From Cladosporium halotolerans (lineage: Eukaryota), in NCBI RefSeq assembly GCF_011745625.1, contig NW_027191455.1, positions 992,001-1,056,000 on the forward strand: 64,000 nucleotides of DNA, given 5' to 3'. Below are positions 35,924 through 47,117 of this stretch, in pieces; the stretch's first letter is position 1; each line of letters starts with the position of its first letter. The notes beneath the pieces are model-generated. The model had not been told where the DNA came from. It did not search any database and worked only from the letters and a program-made list of their open reading frames with translations. The translations under genes and the position numbers were made by a program.

Positions 35924-37432
35924 ATGGCGCACGACCCAACACCGAAAGACAGCAATGTCAGCACCTCCCAAGCCGAGCCTGTCTCTCCATTGAGCGTACA
36001 CGACAACTCCATATCCGAGAAGGGCTCCGAAATTCTTCTTGCAAAAGACGACGATCTCTCAATACCAGATGGCGGCTATGGATGGGTTGTTCTAGCCGGA
36101 TGCACGGTCGTCGCGTGGTGGTCGATTGGCACCGCGCAGTCTTTTGGCGTGCTGCAAGCTGCGTTGCTCGAAGCTGAGGTTTCTAGTTCGACCAATCTTC
36201 TCTTTGTGGGCTCGATGTCTGCGGGTATCGTGTCGGCCTTTGCGATCTTGTACGCCCGCTTCATGCGGTCGATGGGCACACGACGGACTGCTATGTTGGG
36301 AATCTTGCTCATGAGCTTGAGCGGAGCGATCAGCAGTGTCGTGTACAAGAACATTGGAGCGCTTTTCGCTGCGTACGGCGTTCTGATGGGCCTAGGAATG
36401 GGGTGAGTATTTCCTCAATTGTTCCCGTCGAACACTCCACTGACTCTCTGCTCTCCCCAGCTTCACATTCACCGTACGTTTCCAACCACCGACCCCCCAA
36501 CCGTCCCCCAACTAACTTCCCCGAAGACAGTAGCCGTCGCCCCAACCCAATACTTCCTTCGCCGCCGCGGCCTCGCGAACGGCATCGTCCTCGCCGGCGG
36601 CGGCGCCGGCGGCGCCATCGTCAACATCGCCCTGAACGCCATCATCGAACGCCTGGGCATCGCCTGGGCCTTCCGCATCCACTGCCTGCTCGTCGCAGGC
36701 ACCGGCTTCCCCGCCGCCTACGCGATCAAAGAGCGCGTGCCGTACAAGAAGTCCGGCCTCGTCGACTGGACGCTCTTCCGCAGCCCGACCTTCCTGCTGC
36801 TCTTCGCGGCCGGCGTCCTGAGCACGTTCCCCGTCCTCGTGCCGCCGTACTGCATGCCGCTGTTCGCTTCGTCAATCGGCCTGGATTCTAGTACTGGCGC
36901 GGGCCTCGCGGCGGCGTTCAATGCGGCGTCGGCGGTCGGGCGAATTGGCGCGGGGTTTTTGAGCGATAGGCTGGGCGCGCTGAATATCTTGTTCAGTTCG
37001 ATGGCGCTGCTGGGCACGAGCATGTTTGTTATTTGGCCGTTTGCGAGCTCGCTGGGCGTCACGGTTGTGTTTGTGATTGTGGGCGGGATGGCGGTTGGTG
37101 GGTTTTTCGCGACGATCCCGACGGTCGTGGGGCATATTTTTGGGTCGGCGAATACGTCGATAACGTTTGGGATGTTGCTTACGGGTTGGACGTTTGGTTA
37201 TGTGATGGTGAGTTAATGGCGGCTCTTTGTTTCTTTGGCGATGGGCGCTGACGATGCTTTGCAGGGCTCTCCGGTGGCAGGCTTCATTCTTGAGGCCAAT
37301 GGTGGATCAGGACATGGGCTCGGTCCGTATAGACCTGCGATGTTCTACGGCGGGTCGCTTGCGTTTGGATCCGCTGTGTTGATTGCAATTGTGAGGTTTC
37401 GAAGAGAGAGGGATCTTCTGGCAAAGTCTTAG
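35924..37432 (+). CDS. MFS monocarboxylate-transporter-like protein (Mch family); exons 35924-36402, 36461-36473, 36527-37207, 37265-37432
   Basis: PDGGYGWVV, QYFLRRRGLANGIV.AGGG.GG, GRIGAGFLSDRLG. All three introns have GT..AG ends and keep the frame. Confidence 0.9.
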
Positions 37433-37558
37433 CAAGCATGAATTGATGATGCAACATAATGGTAATGAATAATGAGATAGACAAGTGGACATGGGAGGAG
37501 TTTTGATATAGCGGAGATTACCTTACAAATGCATTCAAGTACAAACTTATCTAGGCTC

Positions 37559-38972
37559 TCACTGGGTAGGTGCGAAGGTTCCGTTGGCACACTCGAACCC
37601 TAGCTCAGGGTTGAGTTCAGCTCCAGCATTCATGCAAATGACGGTAGGCGCCTGCTGCTTCTGAGGGTAAATGTTGATGTTCGACGACTTGAAGCCGCTG
37701 CACGAGCTGTTTGTGTTGCACTCGATGATCATGGCTTCGGTCTGGCTGAGGTCGGGAAGACCAATGTCGTACCAGCAGGGCTAAAACAGAATCGCTCGTT
37801 AGCTGAGTCCGATTTATGCAAGCAGAGGATGTCAACTTACATCGGTAGCACAGCTACCATCACCCGGGTGAAAGCTGTTGATGTCGCCGGTGAAGTTCTC
37901 GAACGTGAAGTCCTTCAGGACGACGCTAGAGTTGTTCGGGCGCTCGGCGCTGCCAGCGCTGCCTTGGTCGACGTACTGCTGGTTGATGAAGACAGGGAAA
38001 GTGACGTTGTGGATCTTGATGTTCGACCAGGTCACGTTGCTGCAAAGGCCCTGTCCGCCGACCCAGGACTTGAAGCGTGCCGCGTATAAGCCGCCTGCGA
38101 CGCTGATACGGTCGAAGTGGATGTTGGACACATTGGCGAAGCTGCTTTGGTCTTTGCCGAGGGAGCCGATTGACAGGCCTGATCGAAAGAGCATTAGCGG
38201 AATGACGAGTCCATGGCTGATGATGCTACTCACCGTGTGTCTGATATCCAATAGTCGAGTCCGAGACGTGCACATTGTGTGCGCCATTGTTAATCGCCAC
38301 GGCATCATCGCCGTTGAAAGCCTCAAGATTGGTGATCCTCACATTCTGCGCACCAACATCGAAAGCATCAGTGTTGAACGGGAACGCCTGGCTGTTCGAG
38401 ACAGCATCGATGATGGAGTCCGAGATGTCGATATCGCTCCCCTCGACCTTCACGTTCCACGCGATCGGCTTCCTCGACCTAAAGCGCTTGATGCTGCCAC
38501 CCTCCACGTCGAAACTCATGAGATGAGGGCGGCCGGTGATTCCGGTGCCGTTCGCCGGGTTGGCGTCCCACCAAGGCTGGCCGTAGGAGTTAACCCAGCC
38601 AGATGTGATGCTCTTTGCGCCTTCCCAGTGGACACCGGAACCCTTCAGCGTGAACCAGTAGGTGTTCGAAGACTTCGAAAGAACCAGTTTCCTCGTGGCG
38701 TCGATGTCTTGCGGCAGGTGCAGGTTGCCGTACATCTGGATGGTGACATCTGTCAGATTTGTGGCGGAGATGGGCGTGAAGACATTGTAGTCGACGCCTT
38801 CCTCGAAGACCACGGTGCCGCCGCTTGCGCACTTCGCGAAGGCCGATGAGATTGCAGGAGAGTCGTCGGAGGTGCCATTGGATGAGACAACGGTGCAGAT
38901 CTTGTCGGCGTATGAGTTCTGTGCGAACACTGTCAGGGCACCAAGGCCGATTGACAGGAAAATCGGTATCAT
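37559..38972 (-). CDS. pgxC: Secreted GH28 exopolygalacturonase, PgxC-like; introns 38179-38233 and 37781-37840
   Basis: Signal peptide, NTD, GDD, HGLSIGSLG and RFKSW motifs. PGDGSCATDPCWY and the GFECANGTF C-terminus match the recalled Aspergillus PgxC sequence. Confidence 0.88.
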
Positions 38973-39364
38973 GGCTTCGATTGCACGAGCGGAACGGCCG
39001 CAGAGGGTTGCTTTGAGACAGTGTGTGAGTAGACTGCTTGATACATATACATATATACGCCACACGTGGCGAGCCCAGTATCCCGAGACGGATCAGCAAT
39101 GCGTGTTTGGCCCATATTGATGGAAAAAATTTGTCCGTCGGCAAGTCGATGGAGTAGGGTGTTTAGTTCATTGAAGTGGAGATGAGAGCGACGACCAGGG
39201 CCGCGAGACAGGTTTTGTGGTGCGATCGTGGGGAAGAGATCCACCCCCACTGCCGAAGACCCGGCCGGGCATTGAAACACGGAGAAATCAGCCTCATCAT
39301 TGCCTGTAAGGCTGCTCCGTCTTCCTCAACCTTGTCATTTGGGAGTGAACAAGCTCAGTCATTT

Positions 39365-39634
39365 CTAAACATCACCTTCGGCCGAGGGTTTGGTCTTGCC
39401 AGAGAACTTCGCCCAGGCCCAAGTACCCCAGAATGTCGTCTCCGCCAAAGCCGCGACACCCAGAGCTCCGTAGACTATGATCCTAACAGTACGATTGGCT
39501 CCCATTTTCCTGAGGTCGAGAGAAGACGTCTTGTCAGGACTTGGCTTTGTGTAGCGAGCGCCTTGGCTCGCGAAGCTTCTGTGGAATGCAGCAAGTGACA
39601 TGGCCTTGGTACGTTGGATAAAGGAAGTGGCCAT
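39365..39634 (-). CDS. Small (89 aa) single-pass membrane protein, possibly mitochondrial
   Basis: ATG-to-TAG ORF. Basic/hydroxylated N-terminus without acidic residues (presequence-like). TM segment IIVYGALGVAALAETTFWGTWAW. Confidence 0.55.
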   Translation of the reverse strand: MATSFIQRTKAMSLAAFHRSFASQGARYTKPSPDKTSSLDLRKMGANRTVRIIVYGALGVAALAETTFWGTWAWAKFSGKTKPSAEGDV

Positions 39635-40178
39635 AGTGGGTGGTCTAAAAGTACGAGTTTATCGGATCATGAGTCTGACGCAACGCGGTTTTATGTTCAC
39701 GACTCACCGCCCAAGAACCACTCGCAGCAGGATTCGAGTCAGCTGGAAACACAACGCGAAAGCGACAAAGTAGCCCGGGATATCCTCGCCGCGCCACAGA
39801 TCCTGCTTGGTCTTCTGTGTAGGACACGCATAGCAATTGAAACAATATGAACCGTGCCACAGACGTGCGTGACTACTTGGAATCGGCGCAAATAGACAGT
39901 TTGGAACGGGTGACGAAGGCCACTAGGGTTAGGGTTGGGGTAGCGGGACAAACGCTGTAGCGAGGAGTGAACCTGTCGATTCAAGCGACAATACTACGAG
40001 ACCGAATCGAAATAGAATCCATGATTTGTGGCTGTATTTGCGATTGATACGCTGAAATTCTAATGTAGCAATATACGCTGCGTAAACTTTGTATGTACTT
40101 GGGTATTCATCCGCCGCAACTTTTCCAAACTCACGCAGCAAAAATGCACGAACTCTATCATGATACCACACGACCTTT

Positions 40179-41880
40179 CTAAGCAAGCCAAAACCAAAAC
40201 TTCTGCAACCAGTTCTTCGGCACAGGCTCCGGGAACGTAGCCTCCAGCTCGTCCATCTCCTTTTTCCCCGTCATTATATCCACCTCCTCGACCGGAATTA
40301 CAAACGGCGTGCGCCTCACAATCTTATGCGCCGCATACAGCGCCAAGAAAATTGGCAGCGTGATGTACGCCGCGAGGAAGCTCGACGCGGACCAGTTCTC
40401 CGGGAAAAACACCTGGAAGCCGTTCGTGAGCGTCAGCAGCGTCAGGACGACGAGGACGAAGTACGTCCCGTAGGGCTGGAAGGGCGTGCGGAAGGGCAGC
40501 GTGTGCAAGGCGTTGTTGTGGATCATGGCTTTGCGGAAGCGCAGGTAGGTGATCAGAACGACGATCCAGGCGATGAAGCCGGAGATGGTCGAGATGTTGA
40601 CGAACCAGGTGAAGACGGTGGCACCGGAGTTGGAGACATTGAGGTAGGCGAGCAGGCCGAAAGCCCAGGTCGCGAGAATCGCGGCCCAGGGGACGCCGTA
40701 GCGGTTTGTCTGGGCGAAGACTTTGGGCGCCTGCCCATTCAGCGCCATGCCGTACATGATGCGGCTGCCGGAGAAGAGGAAGGCGTTGCCGGCGGACCAG
40801 GCGGAGGTGAGAACTGCGGCGTTGATGATGTGGTTGAGAACGGGGATGCCAGCGTTTTGGATGCCGATAACGAAGGGGGATGCGCTGGCGTTGGAGTCGG
40901 GTGAGAGGAGGCGCGGGTCGTCGGAAGGGACGATCACGCCGATGATGAGAGAGGCGACACCGTAGAAGATCGCCAGGCGCCAGATGAATCGCCTCGCAGC
41001 TTTGGGGATGTTACGACGAGGTGCGACAGTTTCACCGGCAGCCAAAGCGATGAGCTCTGGCGACGTGATGAATGCAAAGCCAGCACGGACGAACGCTGTC
41101 CAGTAGGCAAGGAACTTGCCTGTGTTTCCGGAGACCAGGTAAGGGTTGAACGCGCCGGGATCGTTCCAGTATCGAAATCCAAGTATGCTTTGCTGCGCTG
41201 GGCCTCCTCCAAAGAAGAGAACGATTCCGAGGATGATAAGGCCGATGATGGTAATAAGCTTGATCGATGCAAACCAGAACTCTGCTTCGCCAAAGAACGG
41301 TACGGCGATGATGTTGAGCAGCAAGATGGTGATAAGGATGATGGTGATCCAAACTGCGGGATTGATGCCAGCATCCCAGTAGCTGAGAATGATGGCACCA
41401 GCAGTCGCCTCGGCGGCGACCAGAATCGCGTAGGCATACCAGTAATTCCAGCCAGCAGCGAAGGCGAGAGATCGATCGACGAATCGCCCAACAAAGTAGG
41501 GCACAGTAATACCAGAGAGCGGAAGGTAGGTCACCATTTCAGCCAGGACGTTCATGACGACATATACCATGAGCATCATCGACAGGTATCCCATGAAAAG
41601 AGGTGCAGGACCAACAAGACTCAGGATGGCACCTGAACCGATGAAGAGGCCAGTACCAATTGCACCTCCGAGAGCCCTATGATGAACGTCAGTCAAAGCA
41701 GCGTCCCTTAAAACCATCGATGACCACTCACAAGAATTGGATATGGCGACTCTTCAATCCACGCTTGGTCTCGCCACCTTCACCAGCGATCGCTCCCTCG
41801 CGGTAGGTGGTGTTGGTCTCAGTGCCACCAAGGGCCTCGGTGTCGTACATGACTTCTTTGTTCGCCATCTTGCCGGCCAT
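40179..41880 (-). CDS. APC/YAT family amino acid permease (proline permease Put4/PrnB-like); intron 41677-41731
   Basis: [28 protein letters not shown] formed across the splice, FGEAEFWFASIK, AAGET..PRRNIPKA. In-frame ATGs at 41880 and 41868. Confidence 0.92.
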
Positions 41881-43673
41881 GATGAACTTGGATCCAATGG
41901 TTGAAGTGCTGGCAGTTGAAAGTCGACACCGACGCCTACTTTATGTATGCATATGACAGTCAACGCGCGTGGAAGGCTTCTGGAAGGCAGAAGCCAAGGC
42001 CGACGGTGGCCGGATGCGCCAGTCAGAGTTACGGATCTAGATGGAGGCCCGGGCTCACAATGTAGTGAAGCGAAGGAACCGGAGCTTCTTGAGGCTTGTG
42101 AACCAGGACCTGTGGTTGGGTGGGACAGAAGCTGGGGTAGTGGTAGCAGATAACGGTGGGGTCGAGGATGCGCCAAAAGATAGCAACGCATGCAGTGCCG
42201 GGATGGCGAGCGGCACAACGACGATACAGCACCGATGCCGTGTAACCGTGCCCTGCAGAGTGAGGTGTGCGATACGCAAGCTCAGCATGAGAGACGAGGC
42301 GCCGTTCTCAAGCACGCATATCGCCTCCCAGCGCTGCTTGATGGGAACATGGGCGGTTCGCTTGTCATCGGCACTTAGATACGCTATCAGCACTCACCTC
42401 AGGTGTGCCACACCTCTTCTCTGATGGACCACGATCTTGCCCGCTGCCCAGAAACCTGCCATTGAGCCACATGGCAATTTTTTCACAGAGCCGCGCGACT
42501 TTGGTACGGGCGCAAGGCAATTGCCGCGAAGACGTCGTTTTCTTCTGGTCACCTGAGCGCGTGCCGCGCCTTTTCTACGCCTTACGGCGCTTTTTGCTGC
42601 GCCTACACTCCGAAAGCCGCACTCATCACTCCGGCCGACGCACGACAGTCTTTTCCGTTGAGCTTTATCACACAGGGAGACACTCGAGATTTCGAAACAT
42701 CTGCTTGCCCATGAGAATTCGATCTATTCCACGAAAGAACCGAGCGCATAGATGTCGACGTGGTATTCGCGAGTTCGAATCGACGTTGATTTCAAGCAAA
42801 ACAGGGTCCACACTTTCGAGCCGATCGAGCCGTTCGTCTCTCCTCTCCGCACGGTTTCGCGTGGAGTCTCCAGCATTTGTACGTAACAAATTGCCAGTTA
42901 CTTCTCCACGTGCGTTCTCCGTCCTGTCAATTCTGTCCCTGATGCTTAGTACTGGACGTGGTCTTGGGTCTGTTCTGTGTCTGCGGATTCGCACACGTCG
43001 CATATCTAGCGTGAGGTAGTCTCTGGATAGCGGACATCCCACGCGCATTTCCTCAGACCTTGGCCAGCGGTCAAGCAAAGTGCAGACGGGCTTCTTTCGC
43101 CCGGGCATGCTCATTTGCATAAGCGAGCTGCGGGCAAAACGGCTGTCACCTGGCTGTCCGGGCGATTTTGCGAGTCTGTGATCGTTGTAAAAAAGACCCT
43201 CGTCCCTCCTCTCTGCACCGCATAACAGACGTGCTCAATACCGGTTGATGAGGGATTACTCTCCAACCACGGTAGTCTTCGATCTTGCAGATGCTTCCTT
43301 CGGATCACAAATTCAGGCTGCATTCCAGAAGAAGCTTAGAATGGACGCCAAAGTTTGATTTGGAAGCAAGCCACCCGCGAATCGCGCAAAGTCCGACGTA
43401 TCATTAGTCTTTATTGATCGTCCCCTTTCCACCCAGTGCGGACAGACCTCACCCTTTCTGGTAAGGCGGTATCACGGGACGGACTTACAACGACGCGAGT
43501 CTGTTCTTCGTCTTGGATGTTACGAGGCAGGATGCGTCTCGTTGAGAATGCGGCAATCGTCTTGAAGATGCTGACGACAACTATAGAATAAATCGCTCAG
43601 CACCGCGAATCCGCACCTGGACCAGAAACACGTCCCTTGGGCTGCGTGAGGCGGGAAGCACCTCCACCACATA

Positions 43674-44822
43674 ATGCCGCCTCTCAGACCGCTTTCCGGG
43701 TCGCAAGATCCATCGTCAGCATTGCGACTACCAGCAAACAGACGGCTATCCTCGCCGACTTCACAGCGTTTGAACACCATCACCGAGACTGGCCTTCCAC
43801 CACCCGAAGAGCGATGGTCGCGGTTCACAGGGTTGCGCACAAGCTTATCGACAAATGCCACTGGACGGACGCCGCCACCAGCTTACGACTGGGTACCTGG
43901 TCCGAATGACGAAGAGTTCCCAAAAGACCCTGCGACGGAAGAGAAATTGTCTCGTCTGAGGAAGACCTGGTCAAGTCGCACTGAGAAGAGGGGTGGATGG
44001 AGGCGCGTGGCGATTATCTTCGCCATTGCGTTGGTGGTGCTTGGGCTTGTCATCGGTCTCGGTGTGGGCTTGACAAGGAAAGGGCAGAAAGGTGGAGACA
44101 ACGAAGGTGCCGTGGTAGGAAATAGCACAACCACCCAGCCAGCGGACGACACATCATTAATCCAACAACTCCCTCTCGGCCAATACAGCTTCGTAACCAA
44201 CCTCCGCACCCAGCAAACCACCTGCACCCCCAACGCAGCAACCTGGCGCTGCTACCCCTACAGCGTCCTCAACCCCTCCGACCCCAGCACCTCCGCATCC
44301 TCCCAAACCACATTCGACTGGATCATCCGCAACACCTCCAGCTCCTACGCCACCAACACCACCGGCACCACCGCGCCCGAAGGCGTCGCCGCAAACCTCA
44401 CGATCAGCAGCACGAACAACCCCTTCGCGCTCTCTTTCGAGCCGCACCCACTCACCTACTACTCTTCCGCTTCCAATGCCTCGTCCGCACGTCTTACGTT
44501 CTCTTTCGATCTCCCAAAAACAGTCTTCCCGACGTCCGCCATCACGCCCGACAACAGCGCCGCGCAGTGCTTTTTCAATAATACCGTACTGGCGGGCACG
44601 ATCTATCTCTCTGCACGTGGCAATGACTCTACTTCGACAGAGAATACAGACAAGGACGGCTTTTGGCCGTATGCAGTGGAGGTGGCACAGACGAGCTCCA
44701 GTGGTGAGGGGACGCCGGACTGCTATGAGACGGTCAATGGTGGCGTTGGCGATAGGATTACGGAGGGGTTGGAGCCGGTGGGAGAGGGGAGGGAATGTGT
44801 TTGCGGTTATGGTAATTTCTGA
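43674..44822 (+). CDS. Hypothetical type II single-pass membrane protein (382 aa)
   Basis: Disordered N-terminus, TM segment VAIIFAIALVVLGLVIGLGVGL, S/T-rich C-terminal domain with Cys residues and N-glycosylation sequons. Confidence 0.8.
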   Translation: MPPLRPLSGSQDPSSALRLPANRRLSSPTSQRLNTITETGLPPPEERWSRFTGLRTSLSTNATGRTPPPAYDWVPGPNDEEFPKDPATEEKLSRLRKTWSSRTEKRGGWRRVAIIFAIALVVLGLVIGLGVGLTRKGQKGGDNEGAVVGNSTTTQPADDTSLIQQLPLGQYSFVTNLRTQQTTCTPNAATWRCYPYSVLNPSDPSTSASSQTTFDWIIRNTSSSYATNTTGTTAPEGVAANLTISSTNNPFALSFEPHPLTYYSSASNASSARLTFSFDLPKTVFPTSAITPDNSAAQCFFNNTVLAGTIYLSARGNDSTSTENTDKDGFWPYAVEVAQTSSSGEGTPDCYETVNGGVGDRITEGLEPVGEGRECVCGYGNF

Positions 44823-45192
44823 GAGCGTTCGTGGCGGGAAGGTCAATGAGGATGAATCCTTCAGATTTGGTAATATTTGTGAGCTACGCTCAAATGGTTC
44901 AGCTTGGTCTCCGTTCAGACTTCTGGACTGTTCGTGGAATCGGTCGGCTACGGCAGAGTATGCCACGAATCAGAAAGAGATTCAGCATCGTGGCGAGTGA
45001 TGTGTGTCTCGCAATCGTCCCGCGCGAAGGCGTATGTTGTGCAAGTCTCGCGCTGGCAAACATCCTAGCCGGAAGGCATCTTCCCAGACCGACGGGGTCA
45101 AAATGGCGTCATGCGAGTGCGAGCAACACACTGCGGCCCATCTCGTGCGTCTTGAGAGTAATTTGGCAGAAAAGTCTGTATTCGTGCCCCTC

Positions 45193-46038
45193 TCACTCTC
45201 CTCCAACCTCCCCCCTCCTTCCCGCCAGAATCCACGGCCTGGCCTCCCAAAACGCATCCCCGATCAAATCCACATGCTCGACCACAACCTCCGCCTTCAT
45301 CTTCCTCTTCCGCTCCTTCTCCATCTGCGACCTGCTCGTCGGATCCGCCTGCTTGCCCGCGCCGCTCCCCTCGCCCTCCTTCATCTCATACTTTCGATAC
45401 ACAATACTTCCCTTCCGAAAAACGAGCGGCTCGTTATTATAATTAATCCCGAACCGCTTGAACAGAATCTCATTCTTGTCGCTCGACACCGTCCCCTTGA
45501 GCTCCAGTTCCGCGTCCGTCTGGCTCATCCCGCCCTGGAGGACCATGTTCCAGAACGTCGTGTTGTACAGATTGTTGATGTGGCAGTCCGCTTGGCGCCA
45601 GCAGAGATAATCGCGCAGAATCCGGCGTTTAGGATAACACACACATCGCGCGTCGAACGTAGGGAAAGGACGTGTGAGCGGCTGATTGGGGAAGTACTCG
45701 GGCCAGAGCATGCAGTACTCTGCCGTGAAGGCCGTGGCGACGGTCGTGGCGAGTTTTGCCGCCCTTCGGTCGAAGAGCGTTGTGTTTTCGGACAGCACGA
45801 AGCTGTACTCGTCGCTCTGGCCGTAGGCGAGGACGACGTCGACAAGGGAGCGCGTGACTTCGAGCGCAGCGGCATTCATGAGGTTTATGGCGCGGAGGTC
45901 GTTGGGTTTGGCGAAGGAGTGCTTGGTGGTGAATTTGCTGAAGCCCCGGCCATCGATGCGCACGACAATCCAGTTTGAGGGCGGGAGGGCGTCGGGCTGC
46001 TCGAAGTCGCGGACGTATTGGTAGGCGCTGTTGGCCAT
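45193..46038 (-). CDS. THG1: tRNA(His) guanylyltransferase, single exon
   Basis: MANSAYQYVRDFE, VVRIDGRGF, AYGQSDEYSF, PTFDARCVCYP, WRQADCHINNLYNT, KNEILFKRFGINYNN. Confidence 0.96.
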   Translation of the reverse strand: MANSAYQYVRDFEQPDALPPSNWIVVRIDGRGFSKFTTKHSFAKPNDLRAINLMNAAALEVTRSLVDVVLAYGQSDEYSFVLSENTTLFDRRAAKLATTVATAFTAEYCMLWPEYFPNQPLTRPFPTFDARCVCYPKRRILRDYLCWRQADCHINNLYNTTFWNMVLQGGMSQTDAELELKGTVSSDKNEILFKRFGINYNNEPLVFRKGSIVYRKYEMKEGEGSGAGKQADPTSRSQMEKERKRKMKAEVVVEHVDLIGDAFWEARPWILAGRRGEVGGE

Positions 46039-47117
46039 TTTTATCGTCGTGTCGATATTGATCGCAGTGATCAGAGCTCTTTTTGTTGAACTTAGGGCGG
46101 ATGTCTCGTACAATTAAGCTTCGAGTCACAGCCAAAAGCTGCACAGTCAATACGCCGTCTCGACCAACCAAAACCCGATAATGCAACCTCGTCTCTGTGA
46201 TTTGAACAAAACGCCTCGTCAATGCAAGGATTGTTGCCCAATCAGAAAAATGTATAAAATAGCACAAATGCACAACTCAGACCCTTGGTGCATCTCGTGT
46301 CCACTATGCCTCAGGCCAAGCACGGCCGGGAAGAAGGGCGAGGCCGCTGAAAATCGGCCAGCCGCTAGCTCCCGCTGCCTGCTGCCCTTCAACGATTGGC
46401 TTGGTGCGATTGCATTAGCAATGCAGTCGGGACCCGGAGCTAATTCACCGGCCGGTCTCGAACATATCTGTGTATGCAGTGTCTTATACCCACCTTGCCA
46501 ATTGTATGCAAGCGCCTCGCATGTTGGACAATGTATATGAGATGAGGGCTGAGACAATCCCGCGACTTTCACATCCTTTTGTTTCGAAATTATCAGGTGT
46601 TCTATCAAGCGCAGCGGTTCAAACGCTGCCTGCTCATGCCTTTACGCACGCAGAAAGGAACAACCACTATCCTCTCTCCTTCAGTCTGTCGATCGAGGAG
46701 ACCAGGATTGACTCCCGCCGTCACAACTGCAACAACGAAAATAACAAAAGCGCCCTTTCGCTGCGCTCTCAAACTTTCATCCTTAAAACTCTCCAAGAAT
46801 CTCCTCTCCATGCGCTTGACGCGAATCATTCTATGTCGACGACACTCGTCGATCTGGTCTTTTTGGTATTGTTGGCATTCGCAGAAAAAAGACGGAAAAG
46901 CATTCAGAACGCCCTGGCCCATGCATGTAAAAAAACCGAGTGAACGCTGACGGTAAGCAATGTTGTACAATGGAAAGAGGAAAATGTTTTTGTGGTGTCG
47001 TGAAGACATCTGACGCTCGTGGACAAAGAGAGACGTGAGCTCATCTAAGAGAACGTCTCCTCGCGTAGCCAATGTCGTCAATGTGCTGTTTTTGTTTTTG
47101 TTTTTGAAAGTCGGCTC

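Noticed and set aside
39117..39125. GaaR-type element upstream of pgxC
   Set aside because: Reads TCCATCAAT on the minus strand, a mismatch to the TCCNCCAAT consensus.
45004..45978. 324 aa ORF antisense to THG1
   Set aside because: Shadow of THG1 codon bias; no recognisable protein features.
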